Shown: positions 51,470-60,413, counted from the first letter of the stretch. The stretch: DNA of 64,000 nucleotides from Myxococcota bacterium (GCA_036149055.1 JAYZQJ010000268.1:1-64000), one strand, 5' to 3'. Numbers and translations: made by a program. Notes: generated by a model not told the origin, from the sequence alone.

Positions 51470-51603
51470 TTCACCCCGCGTGCCAACGCCCGAAACGCGC
51501 GCGCCGACGGTCCGGGAGCCCGCCGCGTCTCGCTGCGAGACACTCGGGCCCCGGCGGGGCCGTCTCGACGTGAGACGGCGCCTCTGCGTCTCGTCGCGAG
51601 ACG
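51470..51603 (-). promoter_or_regulatory. sigma-54-like promoter with three upstream GTCTC-N5-GAGAC boxes
   Basis: TTGGCACG-CGGG-GTGAA at 51486-51470 (weak -12); boxes at 51527, 51562 and 51588. Confidence 0.55.
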
Positions 51604-51605
51604 GA

Positions 51606-53015
51606 TCAGCGGCGCGCGATCAGCATCTTCAGGACGCCGCGCGCGTCCACCAGCGCCTCGAAGGTGAGCCCCGGCAGCGCGGCGACGTCGAAGCTCCGCG
51701 GGAGCTTGAGCACGACCGGCCCGTCGAACGCGTCGAGCAAGCCGCGGACGTCCATGTCGAGATCGTCGAGGTCGATGGCCTCGCGGTCGTAGGCGCGACC
51801 GCCCCACGGCGGATCGATCACGAGCAGGTCCGCGCGGCGGCTCCGCACCACGTCGAGCGCGTCGCCGACCACCGGCTCGACCCGGTCGGCGACCCCGTAG
51901 ATCGCGGCGTTGTGCGCGGTCATGGCCACCCGCTCCGGATCGGCGTCCACCGCGACGACCCGCTCGACGCCCGGCTGACGGGCGTAGGCGATCGCGAGGC
52001 CGCCGACCCCGCAGGTCGCGTCGAGCACCACGCCGCGCGCCCCCTCGGCGATGCGGTCGGCGAGCGCCTCGGGGGTCAGGCTGTAGAGCCCCTCGTCGTC
52101 GACGCGCACGCCCCGCTCCCAGCGCGAGAACAGCCGGCGGCGGCGGGCCGCCCGGGGCTCGCGCAGCGGCGCGCGGCGGCCCCGTCGCACGGGAGGATCG
52201 GTGCGCACCCGGAGCTCGCCGCCCCCGACCGCGAGGCCGTCGAGGTGGGTGAGGAGCCAGCGGGCGCGCGCCGCCGTGACCTCGGCGCCGGGCGACTCCC
52301 AGAGCGCGGGGTCGACGAAGTCGGGGCCCTCGATCCACACCCGCGTCCGCGCCGGATCCGGGGCCGCGCGGAGCCGCTCGAGCACCTCCGCCGCCGCGCC
52401 CTCGTCCCCGTGCGCCGCCTCGCGCAGGGCCCACGCGATCCGGGCCAGCTCCAGCCCCTCGGCGGCCGCGGCCTCGTCCGGGGCGCCCTCGACGCTCGGC
52501 GCGTCGAGCGCGGTCCAGCCCTCGGCCCGCGCGCGGTCCATGCGCAGCCCGACCCCCCGACCCTCCTGCGCACGCCAGGCGCCCGGCGGCAGGCCCCCGA
52601 AGGTCGGCCCCACGTGGAGCGCCACGTCGACCGTCTCGTCGAGGTAGCGGTCCACGTCGCGCCGCTTCGCGCCCAGCTTGCCGAGGGCCCGGTCGAGCCG
52701 GACGTCGCGCGAGACCTCCCGCAGCAGCGCCCGGCGGGTCTCCTGGCGCCGGACCCACCGCCCGTCCGGCGGCTCGGGCGCGGCGAGCTCGCCCAGCGGC
52801 GCGAGCACGAGCGAGCGGGTCCCCCAGGCGAGCACCCGGGGCCGGGCGGGGTGGTCGGCCAGCGCCTCGAAGCCCGCGCGCTCGGCCGCCAGTCGCGCCT
52901 CGCCGTGCTCGAGGGCGACGACCCCGCCCTTCCCTCTCCACGCCGCGCGCGCGACCCCGGGAGGCAGGGGCAGGTCCGCGGGCGTCCAGGGCCCGTGCGC
53001 TCGGTGCTCGTCCAT
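51606..53015 (-). CDS. TGS1-like (RNA cap guanine-N2) SAM-dependent methyltransferase with N-terminal extension
   Basis: RRLFSRWERGVRVDDEGLYSLTPEALADRIA, VLDATCGVGG, AHNAAIYGV, DPPWGG, LKLPR. Confidence 0.8.
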   Translation of the reverse strand: MDEHRAHGPWTPADLPLPPGVARAAWRGKGGVVALEHGEARLAAERAGFEALADHPARPRVLAWGTRSLVLAPLGELAAPEPPDGRWVRRQETRRALLREVSRDVRLDRALGKLGAKRRDVDRYLDETVDVALHVGPTFGGLPPGAWRAQEGRGVGLRMDRARAEGWTALDAPSVEGAPDEAAAAEGLELARIAWALREAAHGDEGAAAEVLERLRAAPDPARTRVWIEGPDFVDPALWESPGAEVTAARARWLLTHLDGLAVGGGELRVRTDPPVRRGRRAPLREPRAARRRRLFSRWERGVRVDDEGLYSLTPEALADRIAEGARGVVLDATCGVGGLAIAYARQPGVERVVAVDADPERVAMTAHNAAIYGVADRVEPVVGDALDVVRSRRADLLVIDPPWGGRAYDREAIDLDDLDMDVRGLLDAFDGPVVLKLPRSFDVAALPGLTFEALVDARGVLKMLIARR

Positions 53016-53096
53016 TTCCGGTCGGTTTCCGTGCGGATTGGCCCCGAATGTCTATAGTTCCAGCCGCCGGCGCAACCGCGCCGAGGAGGTCCCGCC

Positions 53097-54053
53097 CTGG
53101 TTTGGCTTTCGTCCATCTCCGCCGTCGCGGTCGGATTCGTCGTGCTCGTCTGGGCCGCCGACCGCTTCGTCCTGGGGGCGGCGGCCGCCGCGCGAAACTT
53201 CGGGGTCTCCACGCTGATCATCGGGCTGACGATCGTCGGCTTCGGGACCTCGGCGCCGGAGTTCCTGGTCTCGGCGATCGCCGCGGCGACCGAGGGCAGC
53301 GACCTCTGCGTGGGCAACGCGCTCGGCTCGAACATCACCAACGTCTCCCTCGTGCTCGGCGCCTCGGCGCTGGTGGCCCCGATGGCGGTGCGCGGCACGG
53401 TCCTGCGGCGCGAGCTGCCGATCCTGGTGGGCTGCATGCTGCTCGCCACCGTGCTGATGCTCGACGGGGATCTCGGCGTGCTCGACGGCGCCATCCTCGC
53501 GAGCGCCCTGCTCGGCATGATGGGCTGGGTGGTCTGGCTCGGGCTCAAGTCGGACGAGCCCGACGAGATCGAGGGCGAGATCCCGGAGGGGATGTCGACC
53601 TGGAGCGCGCTCTTCTGGGTCGTGGTCGGGCTCGCCCTCCTGCTCGGCAGCTCTCGGCTGCTGGTGTGGGGTGCCGTTCAGCTCGCCGAGCAGCTGGCGG
53701 TGCCGGAGCTGGTCATCGGCCTCTCGGTGGTCGCCATCGGCACGAGCCTGCCCGAGCTGGCCGCGAGCGTCATGGCGGCCCGGCGCGGCGAGCACGACCT
53801 CGCGGTCGGCAACGTGATCGGCTCCAACATGTTCAACACCCTCGGCGTGCTCGCGCTGCCCGGGCTCATCGCCCCGGGGCCGGTCCCGCTGGCGGTGCTG
53901 CGGCGCGATCTCCCGGCCATGTTCGGGGTGACGCTGCTCCTCTTCATGATGACCAAGTTCTTCCTCCGCCCGAGCCACGTGTCGCGCCTCGAGGGGGCCG
54001 TGCTGGTCGCCGCCTTCGTCGCCTACCTGGGCGCCGTCGCCCTGACCACGTGA
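53097..54053 (+). CDS. Ca2+/Na+ antiporter (CaCA, YrbG-like)
   Basis: GTSAPE..GNALGSNI and GTSLPE..GNVIGSNMFN alpha repeats; probable CTG start. Confidence 0.92.
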   Translation: MVWLSSISAVAVGFVVLVWAADRFVLGAAAAARNFGVSTLIIGLTIVGFGTSAPEFLVSAIAAATEGSDLCVGNALGSNITNVSLVLGASALVAPMAVRGTVLRRELPILVGCMLLATVLMLDGDLGVLDGAILASALLGMMGWVVWLGLKSDEPDEIEGEIPEGMSTWSALFWVVVGLALLLGSSRLLVWGAVQLAEQLAVPELVIGLSVVAIGTSLPELAASVMAARRGEHDLAVGNVIGSNMFNTLGVLALPGLIAPGPVPLAVLRRDLPAMFGVTLLLFMMTKFFLRPSHVSRLEGAVLVAAFVAYLGAVALTT

Positions 54054-54057
54054 GCCC

Positions 54058-54261
54058 GTGACGCTCGACGAGGCGGTGGACGCGGCGCTGGCCGAGGCCG
54101 GGCTCGATCGGGAGCTCCGACCGGAGATCGTGTCGATGCTGCACACGCCGCGCGAGCGGTGGCTGCCCTGCTGCGGGGGGTTCTGCGATCCGTGCGTCGC
54201 CACCCTGGCCGGGGTGGTGGAGCGGGCGCGTTCGCTTTGTGACGCGGGCCGGAAGCGGTAA
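54058..54261 (+). CDS. small Cys-motif protein (oxidoreductase-like CCGxxCxxC domain)
   Basis: WLPCCGGFCDPCV; starts 4 bp after the antiporter. Confidence 0.65.
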   Translation: MTLDEAVDAALAEAGLDRELRPEIVSMLHTPRERWLPCCGGFCDPCVATLAGVVERARSLCDAGRKR

Positions 54262-54294
54262 CCTCTGCCGACCCGTTCGCCGTATGGACGTTCG

Positions 54295-54873
54295 ATGCTT
54301 CGCGTCACTTCCCTTCTGATCCTCGCCGCGACCCTCTTCGCCTGCGCCCCCGACCAGCCGGTCGCGCGCCTGGCCCCCGATCCGAGGGCCCCCGGTCCGG
54401 CCGCCGAGGTCGTCGAGGACCGCGGGCCGCTCTACTCGCCCTGGGTCGTGCGGGTCTCGGACGAGCGGGCGCGCTTCTCGGAGATCTCCTTCAAGGACGT
54501 CGGCATGATGAGCGTCCCGGAGGCGGAGCGCGCCGACGTCTACGAGGCGATCGCGGAGTCCCTGGCGGTGGAGCTCGGGCACGACGAGGCCCTCTCGCTC
54601 CCCGGCGAGGTGCACTACTCGGAGGCGATGAGCGACCCGAGCAACCACCTCTCGTGCGCGGCCCGCCACGTCTACGTCGATCTCTGGGACGGGACCGCGC
54701 CGTCGCGCTGGGGCTACTCGCTCTGGTCCGGCTGCGGCGACGAGGACCAGTTCGCCTGGCGCGAGATCGCGCGCCCCCGCGACTCCGACGCCGCCATCGC
54801 CTCGCTCACCCGCAGCATCGCCAGCTCCCTCCGCGACGCGGTCCGCACCGGCTGTTACACCCGCCAGTGTTGA
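54295..54873 (+). CDS. hypothetical lipoprotein
   Basis: Lipobox LFAC; GC3-rich frame. Confidence 0.75.
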   Translation: MLRVTSLLILAATLFACAPDQPVARLAPDPRAPGPAAEVVEDRGPLYSPWVVRVSDERARFSEISFKDVGMMSVPEAERADVYEAIAESLAVELGHDEALSLPGEVHYSEAMSDPSNHLSCAARHVYVDLWDGTAPSRWGYSLWSGCGDEDQFAWREIARPRDSDAAIASLTRSIASSLRDAVRTGCYTRQC

Positions 54874-54888
54874 ATTCCGCGAGGCGGC

Positions 54889-55488
54889 TCACCGCCCCGG
54901 GAGCGCCCAGGGATCGAGCACTTCGCTCCAGACCTCGGTCACGCTGGCCCGCGGCGCGCGGTCGACGAACGGATCGACGACCTCGCTCCAGAGCACGGTG
55001 ATCGGCTCGGAGCGCTCGGGCGGGGGATCGTCGGCGAAGGGGTCGACGATCTCGTCGGCGAGCGCGAGCACCACGTCCTCGTCCCAGGCGCGGCGCCGGC
55101 GCTCCGCCCCCGCGTCGATCCGGCCGAGCACGTCGGCGCTGAGCCGCGCGAGGCGGTCGCGCAGGGTGCGGGGCTGCCGGATCCGGTCGGAGGTCCAGGC
55201 GACCTGGCCGGCCGACTCGTAGCGGAGGACCCACCGGTCCGGGCGGGAGAAGGCGATGGTGAGCCGGCCGGCGGCGGACGGGGCCCGCGCGTCGGTCATG
55301 CGGATCACCGTGCGGTCGGTGGCGCGGGAGATGGCGCGGAGGAGCGCGCTCTGGTTCACCCGCGTCGGCCCGGGATCCACGATGACCACCAGCAGCTCGG
55401 TGGACGGCTGCGCGCGCGCCGCTCCGCTCTGGGCCGAGGCGGCGGCGGGAACCAACCCGAGGGCGATCACGAGGAGGGCGCGCGTCAC
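54889..55488 (-). CDS. secreted hypothetical protein with C-terminal E-V-V-D-P-F/W repeats
   Basis: GTG start, signal peptide ASA; three DP[FW] repeats. Confidence 0.65.
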   Translation of the reverse strand: MTRALLVIALGLVPAAASAQSGAARAQPSTELLVVIVDPGPTRVNQSALLRAISRATDRTVIRMTDARAPSAAGRLTIAFSRPDRWVLRYESAGQVAWTSDRIRQPRTLRDRLARLSADVLGRIDAGAERRRRAWDEDVVLALADEIVDPFADDPPPERSEPITVLWSEVVDPFVDRAPRASVTEVWSEVLDPWALPGR

Positions 55489-55597
55489 CCCGCGAGCGTA
55501 CCGCGTCGAGGCGGCATCTTCACCCGGTGGCCGAGCGGTCGCGCCGTACCTACCTTCGGGGAAGACGCGGGGAGGGGCGGACGTTGGATGGACCGAG

Positions 55598-56788
55598 GTG
55601 AGTGACGCGGAGGGCATCCTCGGGGTCGAGACCACCCCGGCGAACCGGGTCCGGGCGGCCGCGGCGTTCCCGCCGCTCCTGGGCGCGGTGGCGATGGTCG
55701 TCGGCGCCGCGAGCTGGCCGGCGCCCTTCCCGGCCGCCGTCCTGCTCGCCGTGGGGCTCGTGTTCCTCTTCTCCCTCTGCGCGGCCTCGCTCGCGCTGGC
55801 CCCGCTGCTCTCGCCCCTGCTCCGGCGGCGCGAGGAGGGGACCCTGGACGCGTTCGTCGACCACGAGCGGGTGCTGATCGGCGACTCGGTCCGGCTGCGC
55901 ACCGACGACCTCGCCGTGGCCTGGATGCCGAAGCCCAGCCAGGTGGAGATCGTGGCCCGCGGCGGCGACGAGCACCTCGTGTCGGTCTCGGGCCCCGAGG
56001 CCGGCGAGCGCCTGGTCCGCCGGCTCCGCGCGGTGGCGCCGCGGACCCGGAGCTACCCGGTCTCCCTCGGCACCGGCGGCGGGCGCGTCGTGCGGGCGAT
56101 GGCCGCCGGGGTGGTGATGGTCGGCGCGTCGCTGTTCCTGCTCGCCGGGCCCGAGGCGGTGCCGGTGCTCCTCGGCGGGGCCGCGCTCGGCGCGCTCCTC
56201 GGCCACGGCCGCGGCGCGCTCCGCTTCGGCGCCGACGGCGTGCACGTCGAGGGCCGCTTCCGCTCGCGCTACGTGCCCTACCGCGACATCGCCCGGGTCG
56301 AGCTGGGCAACACCTCCGGCGCCACCACCTGGCTCACCCTCCGCACGCTCACCGGGCGGATCTCGCTGGGCAGCTTCCTCCCCACCCAGCGGGCGCGCCT
56401 CGTCGCCGCCCTGCTCGAGGAGGGGGTCGCGATGGTGCGCTGCGGCGCGGAGGCGGGCGCGCACGTCGCCGAGCTCGACCCGACCGAGGCGGACCCGGTG
56501 GCCTGGACCGATCGGCTGCGGCACGTGCTCGAGACCCAGGACTACCGCGCGGTCGCGGTCGACGCGGGGCGCCTGCTCGCGCTCCTGCGCAACCCGGCGG
56601 CGGAGCCTCGCCAGCGGGTCGCCGCGGCCCTCGCGCTCCGGCACACCGAGGGCGGCCTCGCCAGGATCCGGGTCGCCGCCGACGTGAGCACCGACCCGGA
56701 GGTGCAGCGCGCGCTCTCGGCGCTCGCCGAGGAGCACGTGGCGCACGAGGCGATGACGGACCTCGTCCGCCGCTTCGGCGTCGCCTGA
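55598..56788 (+). CDS. membrane protein with bacterial PH-like and HEAT-like regions
   Basis: Two TM hairpins; FGADGV..RYVPYRDI; QRVAAALAL. Confidence 0.65.
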   Translation: MSDAEGILGVETTPANRVRAAAAFPPLLGAVAMVVGAASWPAPFPAAVLLAVGLVFLFSLCAASLALAPLLSPLLRRREEGTLDAFVDHERVLIGDSVRLRTDDLAVAWMPKPSQVEIVARGGDEHLVSVSGPEAGERLVRRLRAVAPRTRSYPVSLGTGGGRVVRAMAAGVVMVGASLFLLAGPEAVPVLLGGAALGALLGHGRGALRFGADGVHVEGRFRSRYVPYRDIARVELGNTSGATTWLTLRTLTGRISLGSFLPTQRARLVAALLEEGVAMVRCGAEAGAHVAELDPTEADPVAWTDRLRHVLETQDYRAVAVDAGRLLALLRNPAAEPRQRVAAALALRHTEGGLARIRVAADVSTDPEVQRALSALAEEHVAHEAMTDLVRRFGVA

Positions 56789-56851
56789 TCGTCGCACTTG
56801 CCCTCGCCGCGGCGGACTCCGTATGTTGGCCCGGATCGGGAGGAACCCACG

Positions 56852-57976
56852 ATGATCCGGCGCCTTCTCGGCCTTTCGGCCTTCGCTTTCGCTCTCACCC
56901 TCGCCGCTGGCGCGGTCGCCCAGTCCGACGAGGACCGGGCGCGCGCCCGCGAGCAGTTCGGCCTCGGGGTCGAGCGCTACGAGGGCGGCAACTACCAGGG
57001 CGCCCTCGAGGCGTTCCAGGAGGCCTATCGGCTCGCGCCGCACCCGACGGTGCGCGTGAACATGGCCAACTGCTACGAGCACCTCGACCGCCCGCTCGAG
57101 GCGATGCACCACTTCGAGCGCTTCCTCGCCGAGGCCGACGGCGCGTCCCGCCAGCAGCGCCGCGAGGTCCAGGCCGCGATCCGGCGGCTCGAGGGCCAGC
57201 TCGGTCAGCTCCGGCTCGCGATCGCGCCGGACGGCGCGCGGGTCGTGATCGACAACGCCGAGACCCGCGTGGCGCCGATCCTGGAGCCGGTCCGCCTGGT
57301 CGCCGGGACCCATCACCTGACGGTGCGCCTCGACGGCTACCGCACCGAGCACCGCGAGATCGAGGTGGCGGGCGGCTCCGACGAGCGGATCTCGATCCGC
57401 CTGGAGCGCGGCGAGGACGAGCCGGCCGCGGTCGCCGAGGCCCCCGCGGGCGCGGGTGACGCCGAGGGCGCGACCGCGGAGACCGGCGATCCCGCCGCGG
57501 CCACCGACGCGGAGCTCGAGGCGACCGCCGAGGTCGACGATCCCGTGCTGGACGAGGCGCCGGCCAGCGACGGCGGCGGCTTCGAGCTGCGGCTGACCAC
57601 GCCCGTGATCGTCGCCGGCAGCGTCACCGCCGCGTTCACCGTGGGCGCGATCGTCACCGGAGTCCTCGCCCTCACCGCCAACTCGAGCTTCGAGGACGCG
57701 GTCTCCCGCAGCAACGATCCGTCCCTCTCCCAGGCCGAGCGCAACATGGCCCGCCAGGAGGGGCTCGACGCGGCCGGGCTCGCGAACACGGCGAGCGTCC
57801 TCACCGACGTCTTCATCATCGGCGCGGTGGCGGGGGCCGCGGCGACCGCGTTCTTCGTGATCATCGAGGGCCTCGACGGCGGTCAGGAGGACACGCTGGC
57901 CGAGGGGCTCGAGCTCCGGGTGGCGCCCAGCGTCGGGCGCACCGGCGGTGGGGCGACGCTGTTGGGCCGCTTCTGA
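56852..57976 (+). CDS. TPR + PEGA domain protein
   Basis: GGAGG RBS; FQEAYRLAPHP..NMANCYE; PDGARVVID..GTHHLTVRLDGY; C-terminal GRF. Confidence 0.85.
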   Translation: MIRRLLGLSAFAFALTLAAGAVAQSDEDRARAREQFGLGVERYEGGNYQGALEAFQEAYRLAPHPTVRVNMANCYEHLDRPLEAMHHFERFLAEADGASRQQRREVQAAIRRLEGQLGQLRLAIAPDGARVVIDNAETRVAPILEPVRLVAGTHHLTVRLDGYRTEHREIEVAGGSDERISIRLERGEDEPAAVAEAPAGAGDAEGATAETGDPAAATDAELEATAEVDDPVLDEAPASDGGGFELRLTTPVIVAGSVTAAFTVGAIVTGVLALTANSSFEDAVSRSNDPSLSQAERNMARQEGLDAAGLANTASVLTDVFIIGAVAGAAATAFFVIIEGLDGGQEDTLAEGLELRVAPSVGRTGGGATLLGRF

Positions 57977-57998
57977 GCGGCCCGCGGGGGGGAATGGG

Positions 57999-59750
57999 AT
58001 GTACAGACAGCTTTCTTGCTTCACGATCGCGCTGGCGCTCGCCGGCTGCAGCGCGCTGATCAACCCGGACGACGGCCGCCTCGGCGGCGAGGGCGACGCG
58101 GGCACGGCCCGGCTGGACGCGGGCCGCGGGGACGGCGGCGACCCGACCGACGCCGGCGACCCGACCGGCGACGGGGGCACCGACGACGACGCGGGGCCGA
58201 CGTGCCCGCCGAGCTGCGACGACGGCGTCGCCTGCACGGTGGACGCGTGCGTGGACGGGGCCTGCGCGAGCACGCCCGACGACGGCGCGTGCCCTGGCGG
58301 GGAGCGCTGCAGCCCGGTCCTGGGCTGCGTGCCGGTCCGGTGCTCGCGAGACGCCGAGTGCGACGACGGAGTCTTCTGCAACGGCGCCGAGGCGTGCGAC
58401 GAGGACGCGCCGGGCACCGGCTGCCTCCCGGGCGAGCCGATCGTCTGTGACGACGGCGCCTCCTGCACCGCCGACCGCTGCGACGAGGACGCCGATCGCT
58501 GCGTCGCCACCCCGGACGACTCGGCCTGCGGCGACGCGGTCGACTGCACCGTCGATCGCTGCGACCCGAGCGCCTCGGACGGGCCGACCGGCTGCGTCTC
58601 GGTCCCGGACGACGGCCTGTGCGCCGGCGACTACTGCACGGTCGGGCGGCGCTGCAGCGCGACCGCGGGCTGCGTGGGCGGCGGCGAGCGCGACTGCCGC
58701 GACGGCAACCCGTGCACCGCCGACAGCTGCGACGAGGTCGGCGACATGTGCGTCTCGACCCTCCGCGATCAGGACGGCGACGGGTTCGGCGCCGCCTCGA
58801 TCGTCAGCGGCGGCACGGTCGTCATGTGCGGCGGCCCCGACTGCGACGACATGAACGCCGACAAGTACCCGGGCGCGCCGGAGCTGTGCAACGGCATCGA
58901 CGACAACTGCGATGGCGTCATCGACGAGGGCTGCTCCGCCACCCCGGACGACTGCGGCTCGGCGCAGCAGATCATGGTCGGCCCGTCGGGGACCGGGACG
59001 GTGACCGGCAGCCTCGGCGGCTTCGCCGACGACTACCAGGCCAACGCCATCTGTCGCCCCGCCAGCGGCGGGCGGGACGCGGTGTACTTCATCGACGTGC
59101 CCCGCGGCGCCCACGACGTGACCATCGACACCATCGGCTCGACCGCGGACACCGTCCTCGCGGTCGGCTTCAGCTGCGACGCGCGCGGCTTCCAGACGCT
59201 CTGCAACGACGACTACGACCGGCGCGTCGGCACCGACAGCCGGGTGTGGCTCCACCGCGTCGGGAGCTCGACCACCACGACGCGCGTCTACATCCTGGTC
59301 GACGGCTACGACTCGGGCGCGACCGGGAGCTACACGCTCAACGTGCGCGTCGAGGGCCCGGCGGTCGACGGCTGCTCCGCCCCTGGCGGCCCGTTCGACA
59401 TCAGCGGCGGCGGCTCGCTGGTGGGCTTCCAGACCAACTTCGTGGGCAACCAGCGCGGGACCTGCACCCCCGGCGCCTTCAACGCGCCGGAGGCGGTCCT
59501 GCAGCTCACCGCGCCCTCGAGCGGCAGCGTGCGCTTCGAGGCCTACAGCGCCGACTTCACGCCCGACCTCTACCTCCGCCGCCGCGCCTGCGACGGCTCG
59601 GGGGCGAGCGAGCTCGACTGCGTCAACGGATCGAGCGTGGGCGGAGGCATCTCGGGCGCGACCCTGAGCGAGTCGGTCACCCCCGGAGAGCGCCTCTGGC
59701 TCTTCGTGGACGGGGGTCGGACCGGCTACGCGCTCTACTACGAGCCCTGA
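57999..59750 (+). CDS. Cys-rich surface lipoprotein (CDDG.CT.D.C repeats, MopE-like motif, PPC-like domains)
   Basis: Lipobox LAGC; about five CxDGxxCTxDxC repeats; ELCNGIDDNCDG. Confidence 0.82.
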   Translation: MYRQLSCFTIALALAGCSALINPDDGRLGGEGDAGTARLDAGRGDGGDPTDAGDPTGDGGTDDDAGPTCPPSCDDGVACTVDACVDGACASTPDDGACPGGERCSPVLGCVPVRCSRDAECDDGVFCNGAEACDEDAPGTGCLPGEPIVCDDGASCTADRCDEDADRCVATPDDSACGDAVDCTVDRCDPSASDGPTGCVSVPDDGLCAGDYCTVGRRCSATAGCVGGGERDCRDGNPCTADSCDEVGDMCVSTLRDQDGDGFGAASIVSGGTVVMCGGPDCDDMNADKYPGAPELCNGIDDNCDGVIDEGCSATPDDCGSAQQIMVGPSGTGTVTGSLGGFADDYQANAICRPASGGRDAVYFIDVPRGAHDVTIDTIGSTADTVLAVGFSCDARGFQTLCNDDYDRRVGTDSRVWLHRVGSSTTTTRVYILVDGYDSGATGSYTLNVRVEGPAVDGCSAPGGPFDISGGGSLVGFQTNFVGNQRGTCTPGAFNAPEAVLQLTAPSSGSVRFEAYSADFTPDLYLRRRACDGSGASELDCVNGSSVGGGISGATLSESVTPGERLWLFVDGGRTGYALYYEP

Positions 59751-59983
59751 GGGCGATCGCGCCTGCGATCCTCGAAAATTCGCCTGAGAGCCCCGGGAGA
59801 GCCCCCATTTGGGGTGAAAATTGACGAATTCCCCTCGTCTGAGCCGAATTCCCGTTGCTTTCCCCGAATTGCTGCGCAGAATCGCGCCCCGATAGCGAGG
59901 GCGTCAGTCGGCGTCCGAAGCCAATCAGATCCGAAAGAACACGGACCCCAGAGAGGGCTCCGAGTCGACAAAAGGGAGACGCC

Positions 59984-60322
59984 ATGGCGAGCAAGACGAC
60001 GGCAGTCAAGGATGCGATGACCAAGACCCAGCTCTACAAGGAGATCGCGGAGAACACCGGGGTCGCGAAGAAGGACGTGCAGGCCGTGTTCGACGAGCTG
60101 TCGAACGTGATCGACCGTCACGTGCGCAAGCGCGGCGCGGGCACCTTCACCCTCCCGGGCCTCCTCAAGATCAAGACCGTGAAGAAGCCGGCCCAGAAGG
60201 CGCGCAAGGGCGTGCCGAACCCGTTCCGTCCGGGCGAGACCATGGACGTGGCGGCGAAGCCGGCGACCACCAAGGTCAAGGTCCAGCCCCTCAAGAAGCT
60301 CAAGGAGATGGCGCTCAAGTGA
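59984..60322 (+). CDS. HU/IHF family DNA-binding protein
   Basis: MTKTQL..IAE.TG, FTLPGLLKI, ARKGVPNPF.PGE..V.AKPA. Confidence 0.92.
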   Translation: MASKTTAVKDAMTKTQLYKEIAENTGVAKKDVQAVFDELSNVIDRHVRKRGAGTFTLPGLLKIKTVKKPAQKARKGVPNPFRPGETMDVAAKPATTKVKVQPLKKLKEMALK

Positions 60323-60352
60323 GCGACCCTCTCCGCTGATCTTTCAGCGGGC

Positions 60353-60397
60353 AAAAAGAAGAAGGGCACCCGCCGCGAGGCAGGTGCCCTTTCTTCG
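60353..60397. terminator. bidirectional intrinsic terminator
   Basis: A-tract, GAAGGGCACC-CGCC-GCGA-GGCA-GGTGCCCTTT, T-rich tail; between convergent HU and E2 genes. Confidence 0.8.
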
Positions 60398-60413
60398 TTC
60401 CGTCGGGTGTGGG

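Noticed and set aside
58200..58760. Recurrent TGCGACGACGGC...TGCAC units
   Set aside because: They encode Cys-rich protein repeats and are not a DNA-level array.
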